64,000 bases of DNA from Antedon mediterranea (taxonomy: Eukaryota > Animalia > Echinodermata): positions 9,538,201 through 9,602,200 of the forward strand of contig NC_092670.1 of NCBI RefSeq assembly GCF_964355755.1, written 5' to 3'. The translations under genes and the position numbers were made by a program. The notes beneath the pieces were generated by a model. The model was given only the letters and a program-made list of their open reading frames with translations, did no database searches and had not been told where the DNA came from. This document shows positions 38,401 through 53,400 of this stretch, one piece after another (within the stretch, counting starts at the first letter, position 1; every line of letters starts with the position of its first letter).

Positions 38401-41400
38401 AGTAATCAATTTTACATTGAATTACAATTTAAGGTTTTGTTTAATTCAAACCATTTTCAATTTCTGTTCAAACAATTTACCGGTTTAGATTTATTCTAAC
38501 ATTTGTAAACTTTATTAATTTACAGGTTTAAATTCTGCTGGGCATGCTAGGCCTGTCAGTAAAATACTACAGTGCAAAATGGAATAGAAAATGCTAAACA
38601 AATATTTAAATAATGTGAGGCAAGCAAATTGAAGAACAATATTTACTTCAAGGAGGAAGTAATTTTAAAATAATTAGGGTTACAAAGAATTGTTCTTAGT
38701 CATTGTGTAAGATAATATTATAGATTAAGCATATTGAATACTAAACTATGAATAGATTATGTAATAAAACTGTAAAATGACAGTTTACTATTATTAATTA
38801 TTAATTGATAAGCCCATAGTCAGGAGGGAGGATTCACGATCAGAAAGAACCTCCTATTTTTCTTATGGTAAACATGTTGCCATGCTTGTGGCAATTTTTT
38901 CATGTTTTTATGGAAACAAATGAACCCTTCTACACACATATTGGTTACAGGCTTTTGATACAAAGTCATAATTGAATTAGTAACAAGCAATATTGATTAC
39001 ATTTTAATAATTATTATTAACATTTATTCATGAAAAACATTAGGTTGAAAAATACATTAATGATTGTTAGATGACAATAATGTAGTATATAGAAATTTAA
39101 AAAACAAATAGCATTTTACTGTAAAAATCACACATGTATTGTGACGACCGACGATCAACGTATGTTAAGTTCATTGTGCACATGCGGGAATATTGGGACG
39201 TGCGTCCTTGCTCTCCAGTCAACAGGTTAGGATAGTTTCTTGACACATCAATTGACCTGACCTAGGCTGGTCATTGGTCCTTGGTCGTCGCAAATCAAAA
39301 GCTCCCTATTAAGCCTACCGTGGGACATCCATCCATCCATCCAAATCAGACAGACAGATTATAATTTGAAGTGTTATATCCAAATCAGTATGAGTATAAA
39401 ATAACATGAAAAGTTTTTATCGCTAAAACGTGTGAAATAAATTGTGACTGACCCGAACACACAAACTGACAGCTCACTAGTCATTTTGGACCGTATTCAT
39501 AACAAGGCAACTACCTTTACTCCTAGACTATCTCTGTAAGTTACTTTAAAATAATAAAATGAAACAAACTAAAACTAGACTTCACATTTCAGTATATTCA
39601 TTTCAGAATCAAACTATGCTATTAAGAAACAACAACAGACTGATGGACAGACAGGCAAACAGACAAAGAAACAACAGTACGTAAAAAAATAATCCAAATC
39701 ATACACAGACAAAAATGGTACCAGCAAAGCATTACAAGATAGAATTGAGATGACAAAACTATACAGTATACGCACATACAATTATAATTAATAATGTTTT
39801 TAACGATAAATAATTAAATATTTTCCTTAAACTTAGTTAAAAAACAGAAGTTTTATGAACAATAACTTACAAATTGTATCAAACAATATGGCTAATAAAG
39901 TAGGTAATTTTTATGCTATTTACATATAAACTTATTTTTATTAAAATTTCACATATCTTATCTGTTTACAGTAGTATATTTAAAACTGGCGCTAAATAAT
40001 GAGAGGGAAGCTTTCTTCTGTTGCAGTTGTTGAAAACAAATTTTTTTTGCTGTTAAATCTGAAAACTTGACACATAATGCAATGCATTGGAGGATTTTGA
40101 CAAAACTAGAAATGATAGAAATGTACAACAATACATACCAATAAGTCATCAATTGTTTCACCTATAGAACCTAAGTTATCATCAATTACGCTTAAAAAAC
40201 GTTGCCTAAATTCCTCTTGTTCACTAAAATCATCCTCTTCGTCCTCCTCATCATCCTCCTCTAATTTAGCTATATTTATGACACCTCTAGAGCCTACACT
40301 GGAGTCATCCCTAGCTCCGTTCATCTCCATTATTACTGTACAGTTATTACAGTAATACATATAATTCACATCCTGAATACTATTAAACTGTACCAGGAAA
40401 CAGGTTGATAATATATTACTAAAGTCCAGAAAACATATCTGCAGTTTCATTAATATGTAGCAACAAAAACAAACTTTTGGTTTCTGATTATGATAACTCG
40501 AAAGCACACTATTGCAAACAGATTTAGACATTACTTATGTGATATTGCTTTCGTTTACACTATTAAATAAATTATATAAAATTATTTGCTTTTGGAATCA
40601 ATTTGTTTATTTCATAGTTATGTCTGATAGTATGGCGTTTTGTTGGAGATCACACTACCATACATGCCCAATATTTAGTTGACAAAATAGGATGGTGTGT
40701 ATGGGTGTATATATTTGTAATGGATGTAAAATAAGGTCAAAAGAAAAAAGAAACATACAAATTGTGAGTACTGATTTAAAACATAATAAAAGAAACAGCT
40801 AATTTTTAATACATTTCTTAATATAAAGTAAATTTAAATGATAAATAGTCGTACTTTTACTATAACTTGCAATAAACATAAAATGTACGTTTGAAAAAAA
40901 TAAAAATAAAAATATAAAATTTGTAAAAGGAATGAATAAATGCGGGTGACCCCCACTAAAGAGAAAAAAAAAAGACAAAATAGGATGGTAGGGTGAGGAT
41001 TGTGTGAGACGGCATGCAGTGACCTTATGCTGTCGACCAGTTAAAACTTAAAGACGACTGCAAAACCCTTTTTTTTTTCAGTCAAATTATGGGAAATTAC
41101 TAAAATAACAGATGCACAATACTCTAGGCATTGTGATTGGAGCCAAATTTTCAGTCATTTTCCTTTGTAAACTATTATACTACTGTAATCACCTTTACAC
41201 AGGTAAATGTGAACAAGACTTTGGTTGTAATTGTAATAGCTCCCTCTATATTTCACTTGACATTGAGGAAAAAATGTATAATTTAAATGATTTGGAAACA
41301 ATCCTTCTGTACTTTAACGTCTCATCCGAAAAATAGGGCAAAAACAACAAACGCAACGAACATTGCACAGCAAAAAATACTAATCTACATTTTTACTATT

Positions 41401-44400
41401 TTTTATAAATAAAATAAAAACATTTTTTGTTAATACTCTTTAATGCTCTTACATATAATTATTTGAATAAATCAATGTTAAATAAGCATTTAGTATACAG
41501 TAGAACCGTCTATTGTTACACACCTATTTCCGATGAAATGAGGGGAAATGTGGAAACCTCTATTTAGGTTGACACATTGTTATTAGGTCCTGAGGTATGT
41601 ATAAATATTAGTTACTGAACAAAAAAATAAGCATTATATTTATAGACTAGTATTAGTATATTTAATGAAGATGATCACTACATTATTTAGCCATATAATA
41701 AAAAGATAAACAAATTATTATGCAAAAAAAAAACCAACAGGAAGAAAAACTGCTACAGAAATGAAGAGAAACCAATATGGAGAATTTTGTACTCTATTAT
41801 TTTTTCCAAAATAAAAGATGAAATGAATCTTATGTTCAGCCGATTCTTGGTACAATATCTATAATTTGTCTAGTGCCATAGAAAATTCTGTAATACAGTG
41901 TTATACATTGATCACATGCGATACCTTTATCATAGGCCATAAGCTTAACCTACAGCAGCACATGTGACATACCTGACACCGTATTACAGACTTTTCCAGT
42001 GATACTAGTCATGTAGATACAGTAAACAGAATCAGGTGAATGATCTACTGTACCAGTACCGGTATTTACCATAATTAGTATTCAAAAATGGAAATGAAAC
42101 TACTTTGAAATTTAGAAATAAAAGTAAAACATGAGTTTAAAGAAAACATTAAAGTAAAAAAAAACACTAAGCAAATATTTTAAAACATGAAATAGGATGG
42201 TGGTTAAGAAAGCAGAGCATGCAGACAGTTATAAAATACAAAGAGTAAAGACAACAAGTTCCACAGATTACAAGATCACCACGTAAATATTCATTTTCTT
42301 ACTTTAACTGCATAAGGAGTTGAAATATTAGCAAAGTCATTCTCTGGTATTCCACTGGGCAGAGTTCGACTTCGTCTCGAATTTCGTTCGACATACACAG
42401 ACTGTGTTTTGGCCACACGCTCAGATCGCTTGCGACTACGCCTTTGTCCGAAATCGTCCAGGTTTTCGGATAACCGTCTTGATGATAACTTGAAAAAAAT
42501 TTGAGGAAAAGTGGCGATTTACGAACTATAGAATAATTTAGGACAATATTATTACATTAGAATCCTCCTTTGGGACACACTTATTCACCAGAACCCACTA
42601 TCAAATGGACAATTTTCTATGAAATGGCACATGGCACTTTGTTAGGTCTGAAGGTGTTCCTTTAATTGAAATTCTACTGTACTATCATACATGATCAAAT
42701 AGACAGGAGAAAAGCACCTCAATCGAACATAGGTGCCACCATTGATTGCCTCAGTTGATGAAGAACATCCAGCAAATAAGCATCACATACTAATAAGAGT
42801 TGCAGTCAAATACTTCATTAAAGCTAATTGTAAAGCCAAAAGCAGGACTAAAAGAACTACAGCACTTTATTTGATTCTTAAACAATTTTTGATTTAGAAG
42901 AAAATATTTGCAAATAAATACAGTAGAACCTCTTATTTGGGGACACCATTAAGGGTACACCATTAAGGGTACACCATTAAGGGTACACCATTAAGGGGAC
43001 ACCATTAAGGGGACACCATTAAGGGTACACCATTAAGGGTACACCATTAAGGGTACACCATTAAGGGTACACCATTAAGGGTACACCATTAAGGGTACAC
43101 CATTAAGGGTACACCATTAAGGGGACACCATTAAGGGGACACCATTAAGGGTACACCATTAAGGGTACACCATTAAGGGTACACCATTAAGGGTACACCA
43201 TTAAGGGTACACCATTAAGGGGACACCATTAAGGGTACACCATTAAGGGTACACCATTAAGGGGACACCATTAAGGGGACACCATTAAGGGTACACCATT
43301 AAGGGTACACCATTAAGGGGACACCATTAAGGGGACACCATTAAGGGGACACCATTAAGGGGACACCATTAAGGGGACACCATTAAGGGGACACCATTAA
43401 GGGTACACCATTAAGGGGACACCATTAAGGGTACACCATTAAGGGTACACCATTAAGGGTACACCATTAAGGGTACACCATTAAGGGTACACCATTAAGG
43501 GTACACCATTAAGGGTACACCATTAAGGGGACACCATTAAGGGTACACCATTAAGGGTACACCATTAAGGGGACACCATTAAGGGGACACCATTAAGGGT
43601 ACACAATTAAGGGTACACAATTAAGGGGACACCATTAAGGGGACACCATTAAGGGGACACCATTAAGGGGACACCATTAAGGGTACACCATAAAGGGTAC
43701 ACCATAAAGGGGACACCATTAAGGGGACACCATTAAGGGGACACCATTAAGGGGACACCAAAGATGAACATGGGGCATTATATGTTTTAACACTTCTGCC
43801 AATCCCTATTGAGAGGACACTTCTCTATCAAATGACAACCCTATTAAGGGATTCTACTGTATTGTGTTAGTGCAATGCATCAACTAACAAGTTTATATTT
43901 ACCCCATCGTATATATTATACGGTAGGGGTTTCTCAACAGTTTTCTAACGTAAATCAGATTGTAATTTAAAATACAGTAGAGCTCGACTTAAAGGGGAAC
44001 ACCTTCAACATCCTACAAAGTGTTCTTAAGAATGTGTTGGCTGTAGTGTTAAAACCTACTGTATATATTACCCCTTGTTTCACAGAAAAGTTTTCAACAA
44101 TAGGTATGTCCTCTGAATATTGGTGTCCAAAAGCCCTGAATCCTATGGGCTTTAAGTAAAAATATATGAAATATGTTTGAGAGTCAAATATGGCTCATCT
44201 GTTGAGTACCCCTGCTGTTTGGAGTTATACAAGCTATTACAAACATTAACCGCTTTTTACTGAATGTTTTGATGCTAACTCTATATTTAATTTGCATTTA
44301 TTTCACTTTCTACTGATAATCTAATAAAATCTAAAATCTATTTTGTGTTTTGTTTCTACTTTCAACTACAAACAAAATAGACATGCAATTAATTTTTATC

Positions 44401-47400
44401 GAATAGGGTTTTTTTTTCTTAATCATTTTTAGGACGTGATTTTCATACAAAGGTATAAGTTTAACCGGTGGGTATACGATTTGTAAAAAAAACCCGATAT
44501 TTATAATGTGACGTCAATTGTAAAATATCTCTCTCCTTAGTTGCTATTTTCAGTCGAAAAAATGTGACAAAAATGTGATGTGCCCATATATGGACACGAT
44601 GATGTCATATCACTAACTTATTTAAGCATATTACTACCATATTTGGGCATATCACATTTTTTTTGTCAAACTAGTTTGATAATGTAAACAGGGTTTTATA
44701 TGATGAATGACCTGTGTGAATCAATAAGAAATAAATTTACATTATTTTATATTCAAATTCATCAAAATCAGATAAAAGATGAGGCACTTTATGTCAACCA
44801 TGACAGTTTAGTATGGCTTCTAACACTTTTCATCTAAAAAAAACATCGTCAGGCCTAATCAATTTTATTAATCTTTTATCCAAGATTAATAACTCGAAAT
44901 AAGATAAAAAATTATATTGCATATTTATACACACATAGTTCATTTTTGTAATGGTTTTGTTTATATATTAAAATATTTTTTAAATGTACAAATCATCATA
45001 TATTCTTATTTAAAAGAAATAAAAGATAAATGCGATAAAAACACTGTATCGCATATTTAAAAGCAACAAATATGAATTTAATTGGTTTGTTTGTATTTTA
45101 TAAGGCCAAAATTTAAATAAAAAACTGAAAAAGTAAGTATTTTAACTACTGTATATCCTTATTTAGAAGAATTAAATTAGAACCAAATGAGATAAAAACA
45201 ATATATTGCTTAAACACATAAATAAGAATAAAATATATAAGGAAAAAAAATTAATTACATTAAGTAAACAATCACTAGATATTCCTATTTTGAAAACTTA
45301 ATTGAGAAACGAAGTTCAAATTAGGTATTGAATACAACAGACAATGGCATACCAAAAAAAAATCCTGCTCTGAAAATTGCACAAACGTCTGCAACTGATG
45401 AATAACGTTGTTGGTATATAAAAGATATTTGAATTTAACTTCCTAAACAATAATAAGTTCCTTCAATCATAAAGCAACTATATAATAATATAACACAGAT
45501 GTTCCTTTATAAGTCAGAATCCGACTGATAATAGCTTAATAAAATCGACATCAACAATAAGGTGTTCCAATGAGTGTAAATATAGCTGATCACTTCCTTC
45601 TTCCTGGATGGTCTTTAGAATGGGAAACACCTGAGATAGACGGATTAGTTAATCAAGGAAACCATCTTTCCTAATATGGGCATACTGTACTGTGCGGGAA
45701 AATTAATAAACATTTATAATTAGGCCTACTGTATATGCCAGGGTTTTGGGAATTCTGATATTGATAGTCTACAATTGTCTCTTGGTTGGGTTTCTTTTTA
45801 AGATGGGTTTCTTTTTAAGATGGGTTTTTTTTAAGATGGGTTTCTTTTTAAGATGGGATTCTATTCAAAATGGGCTTCTTTTCAAGATGGGCTTCTTTTC
45901 AAGATGATCTGCTTTTGCAAACTAAAGAGGGGGGCTGTGTCACCTTGTTCTTTGTATTCAAATAGTGAAAAGAAGCACAGTGGGCTCGATTTTGAGATAG
46001 GCTTCTTTTCGAGAATACTTTTGCAGACCAAAGGAGGAGGCTTCTTTTTGAGATGTGCTTCTTTTCGAGATTGCTTTTGCAGACCAACGATGAGGACTTT
46101 TTTTCAAGGGTTTATGGTATACTCTAGAAATATTTAATATTGTTTTACAACCTACTAACAATACACCAGTTTGTAGGTCAGGTGTAACAAATCAGTTTAT
46201 TATAACAACAGTTCCTCTTCAACTTTTCCCACTCCAGAAACCGTACAGTACAATAGAGGGAAATGATGAACCGCAATGACGTCAGTGAAAACTGGCAAGT
46301 TTGATATATCATTATAAAGATAAGCGGAATTCCTATGGTGGTGTACTGTATGTGGTAAGAGTTAGGCAAAAACCATGTGCTAGTTCAAAACTTTATTTTT
46401 ACAATTGTAGTCCCTAATTTAGTCCCTATTTTAAAATCCTGAATAAGCCACTGCCCATATGACACAAATTCAATTTCCAAAACAAAATTTCAAGGAATTT
46501 GACTTCCATAAACTCTGTAATATTTGTACAATATTTATACAAAAATATACAGAGAACAAAAGTCAAATAATTAAACAAATAAAAAATAATAATACATAAA
46601 TGTTTTTTTAAAAATGGAAAATGTATTCTCGCCTGAAAAAATAAGTTTTAAATCTGTTATTATATTTTATTATATATTATTTAATATTTGATTTTCAGCA
46701 TTTTTTGCTATAAATTACATTTTTTTTATGTAAATAATTTTTTTTTTATTATGACATTAAAATGGCATATTCAACAAAAAAAATGTTAAATTGTTTTTCA
46801 GGGGGACAATATATCATTAAGGAGAACAAAAAAAAGAAAATATTTTAGTACTTACTTGCAATAAGTTTTAATAATTGTTATCGTATTTGCAGCATACGTT
46901 ACACATGCCATTATATGATAACGTTTTTTTTTTTTATCAGAGTAAATAATGCAAACTATTAAAAATAAAGTATATAAATAAAAGTATTTCTATAGAAATG
47001 AATACTTTTATTAAAATATTTACATTTGATAGATCTGGTAGTTCCCATTGAGATGTGTCTCTATTCTCACTGTAGAAGTATGCTTTGCCTGTATCATCTT
47101 TGCTCATTCGCCACTAAAAGATAACAAAACAATTCTCTGTGTTACAAAATACATTTCAGTAAAAAATAATAATAATCTTTATTGGAATAATGACAACTTT
47201 ATAACAGTGGCACACATGTCAAATTGTGCATCCAAAACATAAAAATAAAACTTACAAGACGACAATTAGTTATTTAATTATAATTAGAAGGATACTTCAT
47301 TATTCCTGTTTCTCTGCTCAATGCACTGCCCATCAAAATTCGTAACTCATCTTCATTTAATATTTTTAAATTTTGACTAAAAGAATATCTCACCCCTAAA

Positions 47401-50400
47401 TATGTTAAGACTAGGCACTGTCCCTGAGGGGCCATATACACTTTTTTTTCATATACATATCTTTGTTTTTTATATAAATCCAAAGGCAAATTACTGAAAA
47501 AAATGACAATGCTGTGGGTATCAGTGGCTGGATCTCAATGGAGATACAAAAAAAAAGCGAAAAGCTAAATCAAAACGATAAAGTAAACAGCCAGAAAAGT
47601 TAGCAGAGCTTTCGGGCAACACTAGCCCTTCATCATTCATATATATATATATATATATTTATATTTTTGTTGGTCACTCCTTTTGTTTTCCGTTTTCTCG
47701 TCTTTTTGTATTTGTCATCGTTCCCGTTTTTCAAGTGTTGAGGGCCTCATGCATGTCAGCCCCGGCTGTTTTAAGGAGTCACCCTCATTAAACAAAGTTT
47801 AATAAAAAATTTTAAAAAGGAATACGAGTGTCTTTAACTTTGCCGGCTTTAGGACATAAGTATAAGTAAGTTTGGGCAAGAGATTTAGGACAGAGGTGAT
47901 GTGGCTTAGGACAAAGGTGTTGTAGCAAAGACAAAGGCTTGCTACTAGATTAGATACAGTTGCTTAGATATTTGTATAGACAACATTGGAAGTTTTCAGA
48001 AATCACACAAATTCAATTTAGATTTGTAAACAAAATGTACTAACCCGTTCTGTTGTATTTTCATGAGTGTAGTACCATACACCTAAATCGTCTTTTACTT
48101 TTTGCCATCCAAGGGGAAGCAATTTGTCATTCAGCAATGTATTGCTCTATAAAATAAAAAATGTATTATAAACAAGTTGATTGAAGCAGGGAGTTACAAC
48201 TCCCTGATTGAAGCATGATAAATACCCACTCTATATTTCAAACTCTATTCCGAGTGCTTGGCTCATCGATGATACTGTCTTTGGAGGGGTGTACTGTATT
48301 ATTTATTACTTTTCGAGTTATATTCTCTCCTCGAAGGCAAAAGGTCCTATGTCGGTTTATCCTGGTAAGCTAGGCACGAAATAGACAATTCGTTGTTCTA
48401 AACAATTTGATTGACTAGCCTGACGCACACCCCCTCTATATTTTGAAAATAAACACTTCCTGCCATTACATAGGCTTATTTGACTGGCCTATCTTTGGAT
48501 TCCTCACTGTTTCTATATGAGTAGTATGAGTATGTTTTGCAACATAATAATCGACCAGTCAAATATGCCTACACGGATACCAAAGATGCTCTTTGCATAG
48601 ATATTTATTCACAGATAACAAACTATTAATATTTACCACCTGTGAAATCACAAAACAAATAATATAAAAATACCTGTATATACAGTAAAGTACGTATCAG
48701 TTTATATATAAAATCAATGGCATTTATAAACATAAATATATTATGCATAAACAACTTGAATCACCATACAAAGGGTGCTAAAAACAGACTTTACTATTAG
48801 TAGGAATTTTTAATGAATTAGAAACTTGATAAAATGCTCATTAATTCATCAGGCAAAAACATGAATCTGGTATCAATATTAGTAAAATAAAAATGTAGGC
48901 TATCATTCTAAAAGAAGAAAAAAGAAGTTAATCATAGAAATAACATCAGCAATATACTGAAAATTAATTAGTTTAGAAACGAAATAAATGAGAAAAAGCC
49001 ACCCAACCCGAGATTCAAACACGAAACCTTCTGCTTCACATGCAGATTCCTAACTCTTAGACCACTGAGGCTTTCACGGTATTGTTCAAACCCAATGGAT
49101 AGTGATCGTGTAATGGCGTGGTACAGCGGAACAGCACTAGTTAACAATTGTACGCATACGCAACATTAAATCAATACGCCCTCATACTTCAGTATACTAT
49201 TTCATGAAGCAGGATCTCCGAAGAGATACTCTTACTTATAAATTTATAGACAGAAGAAATTCTAAACCGACCGATGATATAAATACATACTGCACTTGAA
49301 GCTAATACAAATTGATAGCTGTTAATATAGACAGCGCAACTAGACAGAAACAGTCAATGGAATAGAGTCTTCAATCAACAAATCATACTGGCTTGTGGTA
49401 TGATTATATTAACGTCTGATTTGTGATTGCATTTAAATCTCTGATAAGTACTCAACTCAACTTAAACAGCTATTAAGCATTTGACCTATGTACTGATGAG
49501 TAGCTTACAAGTTTATTTCAAGTAGTTTAGCCAATTTAAAACTAAATTGAAGAGATGCCAGGTTGAAAGATTTGAGAAGGAATGAGAGAGGCGGTTGGAT
49601 GGGCAATCACAAAATTTACTTTTATGAAAAATATAATGCAAATTATATTATTATCTAAAGTGGTTGAAACATTTATTTAGTATCAGTATCAACTATTATG
49701 GATCTTTGTGTGTTGCATTGTTTAATCAATCTTCCAAAGTAGATATTAAAATATGGTCTACAGTATATATTTAAATAGCAATACTTGAAATTAACAGTTG
49801 ATCAAATAATAGAAGCCCGGGGGAATAATTATTAAGCTCTGTCTACACTATCAAACTTTATGTGACAAAAAATAATATATGGACATGATGATATCATATC
49901 AATACCATATTTGGGCACACTTTTTTTTTGTCAGACTAGTTTGTAGACAGGGCTTTAGTTTACTGATCAAGCAATCAATTATTGGTAGATGATGATTGAT
50001 AAAAAAAAAAAAACAGTAAGAATATAAAACAATAGTTTGTTTTGGTTTTTTATAGTAGGCATATTATTGGAATGGTTAATTGAATTTATAGCGTGGGTTG
50101 GATATTAATTCAAGGCTATAAAGTCGGGATAATAATAATACTATAATTTTTAGAATTTATTGCAAAGTGACCCAGACTCCCTCTAATTTAGGTGACACGC
50201 CCCCATAAAGTGACCCAGACTCTGCCTAATTCAGGTGACACGCCCCCATAAAGGGACATTACAGTATCAAATGAATACATTTTTGGATTGTACCAATTTT
50301 CTACATTCCAAAAATAGATGTTTATTTATTTCTGAAAAATGTACTAAATTAAAAAATAAAACTTAAATGAAATAAAACATGCATTAGAAAATGCAAATAA

Positions 50401-53400
50401 TCAATTAATAATAATCAATTAATAATAATCAATACCCAATTACAATAATCATCTAAGCCTTTTATTAAGTACAGTAATAGTTAAATGTTAAGCATGATAC
50501 TTTTATTTTTTGTCTCTATGGATAGTTATATAATATTCAGATATCAGTATTATTGAAACTACTCTATAAAATAAACATAAGCTATACACAACAATAAAAT
50601 ATAAATTTTCATTACAATAATGTATTATTGTATCTATACAATTTCCTTAATGTCTATAATATAAACAACTCTCCACAATACAGTATCCTATGTCTTGAAA
50701 GGACTATGGCGTTTTCAGTCTGGTTTAATTTCAATAAGTAATAACGCCATTTGTGCAAGGACGGTCTCAATCCTAATAAGACTATTTCATTGGTCAACGT
50801 AATATCCAGGGAAGTTTAATAATAACACATAGTGATATTCTTTCTACTGGTTAATCAGTAAAAGATGCTTGATTTTCAACATACAGTACAGTTATTAAAA
50901 TCTAATAACCATGGCTCAGAGATAAACTATCTCAATATTAAATCTACTTTCTATCTGTACCATCTGAAAATCCAACATTTTTAAATTTAATTAATTCTGG
51001 TTGACAAAACAGCCGACCATAACATTTTAGTTAATGTGTTTATACTGTAATACTAGCAAATTCTCTGTATTTTCTCAATAATTTTTCCAGGATCATAGGC
51101 AAACTTTGTAATATAGAGTCAGATGTGTATGTGATGCCTGTATCATATGCCATAAGCATAACAATAACATAATACAGGCAACATATGTGATCCATGTGAC
51201 ATACTGTAATAGGATTTGCCTACGATATTAGTGAGACTGGACAAATGCCATATGTGGAGATACAGTACTGAAAATCAAGTATTGTTAATTGTTGAGCCCT
51301 TAATACAGCCACCCCTTTTCCTCCTACAGTATAAAAATACAGCACAATGATGGACTCTTGCAGTAGATTACAAAGGGCATTGTACTTTACTGTATTGTTG
51401 ATGGTCAAATAATATCTATTATGGTCAAACCCAAAACTACCATATTATTACAATGGACTTCTTAGTAATGAATTTTGTGAGGTATTACAGTAAGGCTAAA
51501 AGAAGTTTATGTTGCTGTAAAGCCTAACTGACCCATGAAAAAAAATTAGGATCAGCTAGCTTTTTTCACATAGTATAAAATAATGCACAGCGTGTGATAG
51601 GAAATCAAATGACAAAGATACACATACAGTATGTGTGATATAATACTTATACTATTGACTGATAAAAATATAAATTCTACTAGTATATCTACTAGATTGA
51701 ACACAAAATGGAGGAATTAACATAATCAATGTTTACAATATTCCATGCAAAAATGTTAGCATCATCACAACATCGATCATGCAACGACGCAATCATTCAA
51801 ATTCATTCCAATAGTTTTCAAAGTGTTAAAAAAAACACACGAGTAAACTAAATAATTTATGCAATAGTAGAAGTTGCATAAATACTGAAATCAAACACTG
51901 GCAAAGATGTTAGTAAACAATGTTACAGTATTGATTCATTTGCATAATTTATTCAAACTGTCAGAGACCACATGCGTATTGATCTTTCTACCTCTAAATA
52001 TCTTTGCCTGAAGCTGTATGCTCGTCTACCATTGCCGTAGTACTCGCGACCTCGCTGAGGTCGTCGTGATGCAGCATGTCGATTGATTCTAGCCTGAAGA
52101 TTAAATGATAGCATTCTACGTAATCAATTACCATGCGAAAATATGCCAGCTCACCTGTATCAGTATGTAAAAATGATGTGAATATGCAAATTAATGATAA
52201 ATTATGCAAGTAGAATATACAGTATTAATAATAAAAAAAACCTGAATTAAATTATGAATGAATGATTGATACTATGAAGCGAAAGTGATAGAAATAATGT
52301 TATTATAACAATTTATATGAAATAAATAAGGAAGGAAATGTTTAATAATCCAAAAATTATTACCATTGTATTCATAATTAATGTATTCATTGCACTTTCA
52401 TGTTCTGGGTTAACTTAAAAACTTCAAATAATTATTTGGCAATTGGAAATCATAATAAAACAATAAATTAAAATACTTCCCAAAAATCATACTTCAAATT
52501 AATAACCTATTTACATAAAATTGATAGCTTTAGTAATAAAATATCACCAAAACTGATTAAGTGGATGTCACAGTAACTCTATTAATTTGATTGAAGGATT
52601 ATTTAATTAAAATGTACACAGGAAAATTTAAATATTGCCTTGATTGACTAAATTGTATTGTGTGAATTGTATGTGAAGTGTTGCACTAAAATGTACGCGA
52701 GGCGGGGTCCATTGTAGCCCAAGAGGGAATTGGGATCACTTTAGTTAAAATTAAAATAAAACAGTATTTCATGGTATAAACTTGGATATTGAGTCAACAA
52801 ATGTGATTCGTCAATGATGGTCATGTGACTTAATGTGATGGCTACAAGAACAGAAAGAGTAGTAGTGGATCTGTGCTTTAAGGCAAAAGTAGAATAAAAA
52901 TAGATTTTTTTGCAAGTATTCTCAGCGTAATTTAGTATAAAGTACAATTTACGTCAGAGTAGCGCAAACATCTGACTAAAAATAGATATTAAAACAACAT
53001 AGATGAGCAATATGATGGATGACAAACCAACAATGGAACCAACAACACAAACTCAACATGTTACATTTTGAAATTAATGTATTTGGTAACTACTACAAAT
53101 ATTGCCTTTTCCATATTCCAACAATTATACGTTCAAGTTACATAATAAAAAAATTGTAGATCTAAACAAAAATTGAATCAGAAACCAGTACATTTTGAAG
53201 AAGAATTTAACCAGTGTTCACATAAACAGCTATTAACCAGTATTCACATAAACAGGTTACTTAAACTAGTATTAACATAAACAGGTTATTTAAACTGGTA
53301 TTCATGTGACATAAACAGGTTATGTAAACCAGAGGTATTAAATCTGTATGTCTGAACCAGTATTCACATAAACAGGTTTATTTAAACTAGCACATTCTGA

